Of a stretch of 64,000 bases of DNA, positions 63,013 to 64,000 are shown in pieces. This DNA is from Candidatus Multivorans sp. GTDB lineage: Bacteria; Acidobacteriota; Thermoanaerobaculia; Multivoradales; Multivoraceae. Within the stretch, counting starts at the first letter, position 1; the number at the start of each line of letters is the position of its first letter. The stretch is taken from the NCBI GenBank assembly GCA_965247095.1, contig OZ251997.1:3904001-3968000 (forward strand). The letters run 5' to 3'. The position numbers and the translations under genes are program-made. The notes beneath the pieces were generated by a model. The model did no database searches. It saw nothing but the letters and a program-made list of their open reading frames with translations, and was not told where the DNA came from.

Positions 63013-63966
63013 GTGCCCGAGCTAGCGCACGCGGCCGACCGGCGCGATGCCGCCTGGTGGATCGACCGGGCGGTGCAGGTCCTCGTCTTTGCGGGCGGCC
63101 TGTCGGCGATCGTCTTCATCGTCGGCATCTTCCTCTTCATCACGCGGGAGGGCGCCGGCTTCGTTTTCGATCGCTTCGAGTTCCGCGAGTTCTTCTTCTC
63201 GCCGCGCTGGACGCCGACCTCGAACCACAACGCGACCTACGGCGCGCTGGCCCTGATCGCGGGCACGGCCTCGGTGACCGGGCTCGCAATGGTCGTGTCG
63301 GTGCCCTTCTCGCTCGGCGCCGCGATCTACATCGGGGAGTTCGCCACCGGCCGCACCCGGGAGACGTTGAAGGTGCTGGTGGAGCTCCTGGCCGCGATCC
63401 CGTCCGTGGTCTGGGGGTTTATCGGCCTCTCGATCATGAACCCGCTGATCATCCAGATCTTCGACGTGCCGGTGGGTCTCAACGTCCTGAACTCCGGGAT
63501 CATCCTGGGTCTGATGGCGGCGCCGATCATGACCACGATCGCCGAGGACGCGCTGAAGGCGGTCCCCGACGGCTACCGGGAGGCCGCCGAGGCGATGGGC
63601 GCCACGCGCTGGCAGGTGACCTTCAAGGTGGTGCTGCCCGCGGCCCGCAACGGTCTGGTGGCGGCCACGCTGCTGGGCATGGGGCGCGGCTTCGGCGAGA
63701 CGATGGCGGTGCTGATGGCGAGCGGCCACTCGATCAACCTGCCGACCAGCCCCTTCGACTCGGTGCGGGCGTTGACGGCGACGATCGCCGCCGAGCTGGG
63801 CGAGACGGCCGCCGGTTCCGACCACTACCAGGCGCTGTTCACGCTCGGCATCTTCCTGTTCCTGGTGACCTTCGCCATCAACTTCGCGGCCGACGTCTTC
63901 GTTCGCGGCGGCGGGCGCAAGCGCCGTCGCCGCGGCCGCCGTCCGGCCGCTTCGGCGAACCCGTAG
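63013..63966 (+). CDS. pstC: Phosphate ABC transporter permease
   Basis: ELLAAIPSVV, GRGFGETMAV, TATIAAELGE. Confidence 0.93.
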   Translation: MPELAHAADRRDAAWWIDRAVQVLVFAGGLSAIVFIVGIFLFITREGAGFVFDRFEFREFFFSPRWTPTSNHNATYGALALIAGTASVTGLAMVVSVPFSLGAAIYIGEFATGRTRETLKVLVELLAAIPSVVWGFIGLSIMNPLIIQIFDVPVGLNVLNSGIILGLMAAPIMTTIAEDALKAVPDGYREAAEAMGATRWQVTFKVVLPAARNGLVAATLLGMGRGFGETMAVLMASGHSINLPTSPFDSVRALTATIAAELGETAAGSDHYQALFTLGIFLFLVTFAINFAADVFVRGGGRKRRRRGRRPAASANP

Positions 63967-63985
63967 GGACGGAGGAGGAAAGCAC

Positions 63986-64000
63986 GTGTTCGAGGCGTCC
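63986..64000 (+). CDS. Probable start of pstA (truncated by window edge)
   Basis: GGAGGAGG RBS then GTG after pstC; identity from synteny only. Confidence 0.45.

Overview
High-GC bacterial chromosome window; gene order and content suggest Acidobacteriota (inference). It is mostly housekeeping genes: rplU-rpmA-obgE-nadD-rsfS-thiS, tRNA-Lys/Leu, tig-clpP-clpX-lon-engB-rho, rsmA-ftsK-fmt-rsmB-hup, moaC-namZ-serA, rlpA-purB, argF, rdgB, coaE, rplM-rpsI-rpsB-tsf-pyrH-frr-ispDF-rlmB, tRNA-Thr/Tyr/Gly and pstS-pstC(-pstA). An accessory stretch runs from about 43 to 62 kb. Mobile DNA comprises two near-identical IS630 copies inserted at CTAG and one rve-type IS with a 5-bp target duplication upstream of ftsK. 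The most unusual features are non-coding. (i) A five-unit array of ~91-98 bp units directly behind tRNA-Gly, each carrying an antisense copy of the tRNA 3' end plus a nested hairpin. (ii) Repeated diverged 'echo' copies of neighbouring gene ends: tRNA-Leu, the clpP start, a glycosyltransferase start and end, and a citE fragment that now supplies a ribosome-binding site. (iii) An identical 60-bp structured element starting at the stop codon of two unrelated genes 59 kb apart. (iv) A ~88-bp imperfect inverted repeat bracketing rlpA-purB. No CRISPR array, cas genes or rRNA were seen. All calls are by eye; no database searches were run.
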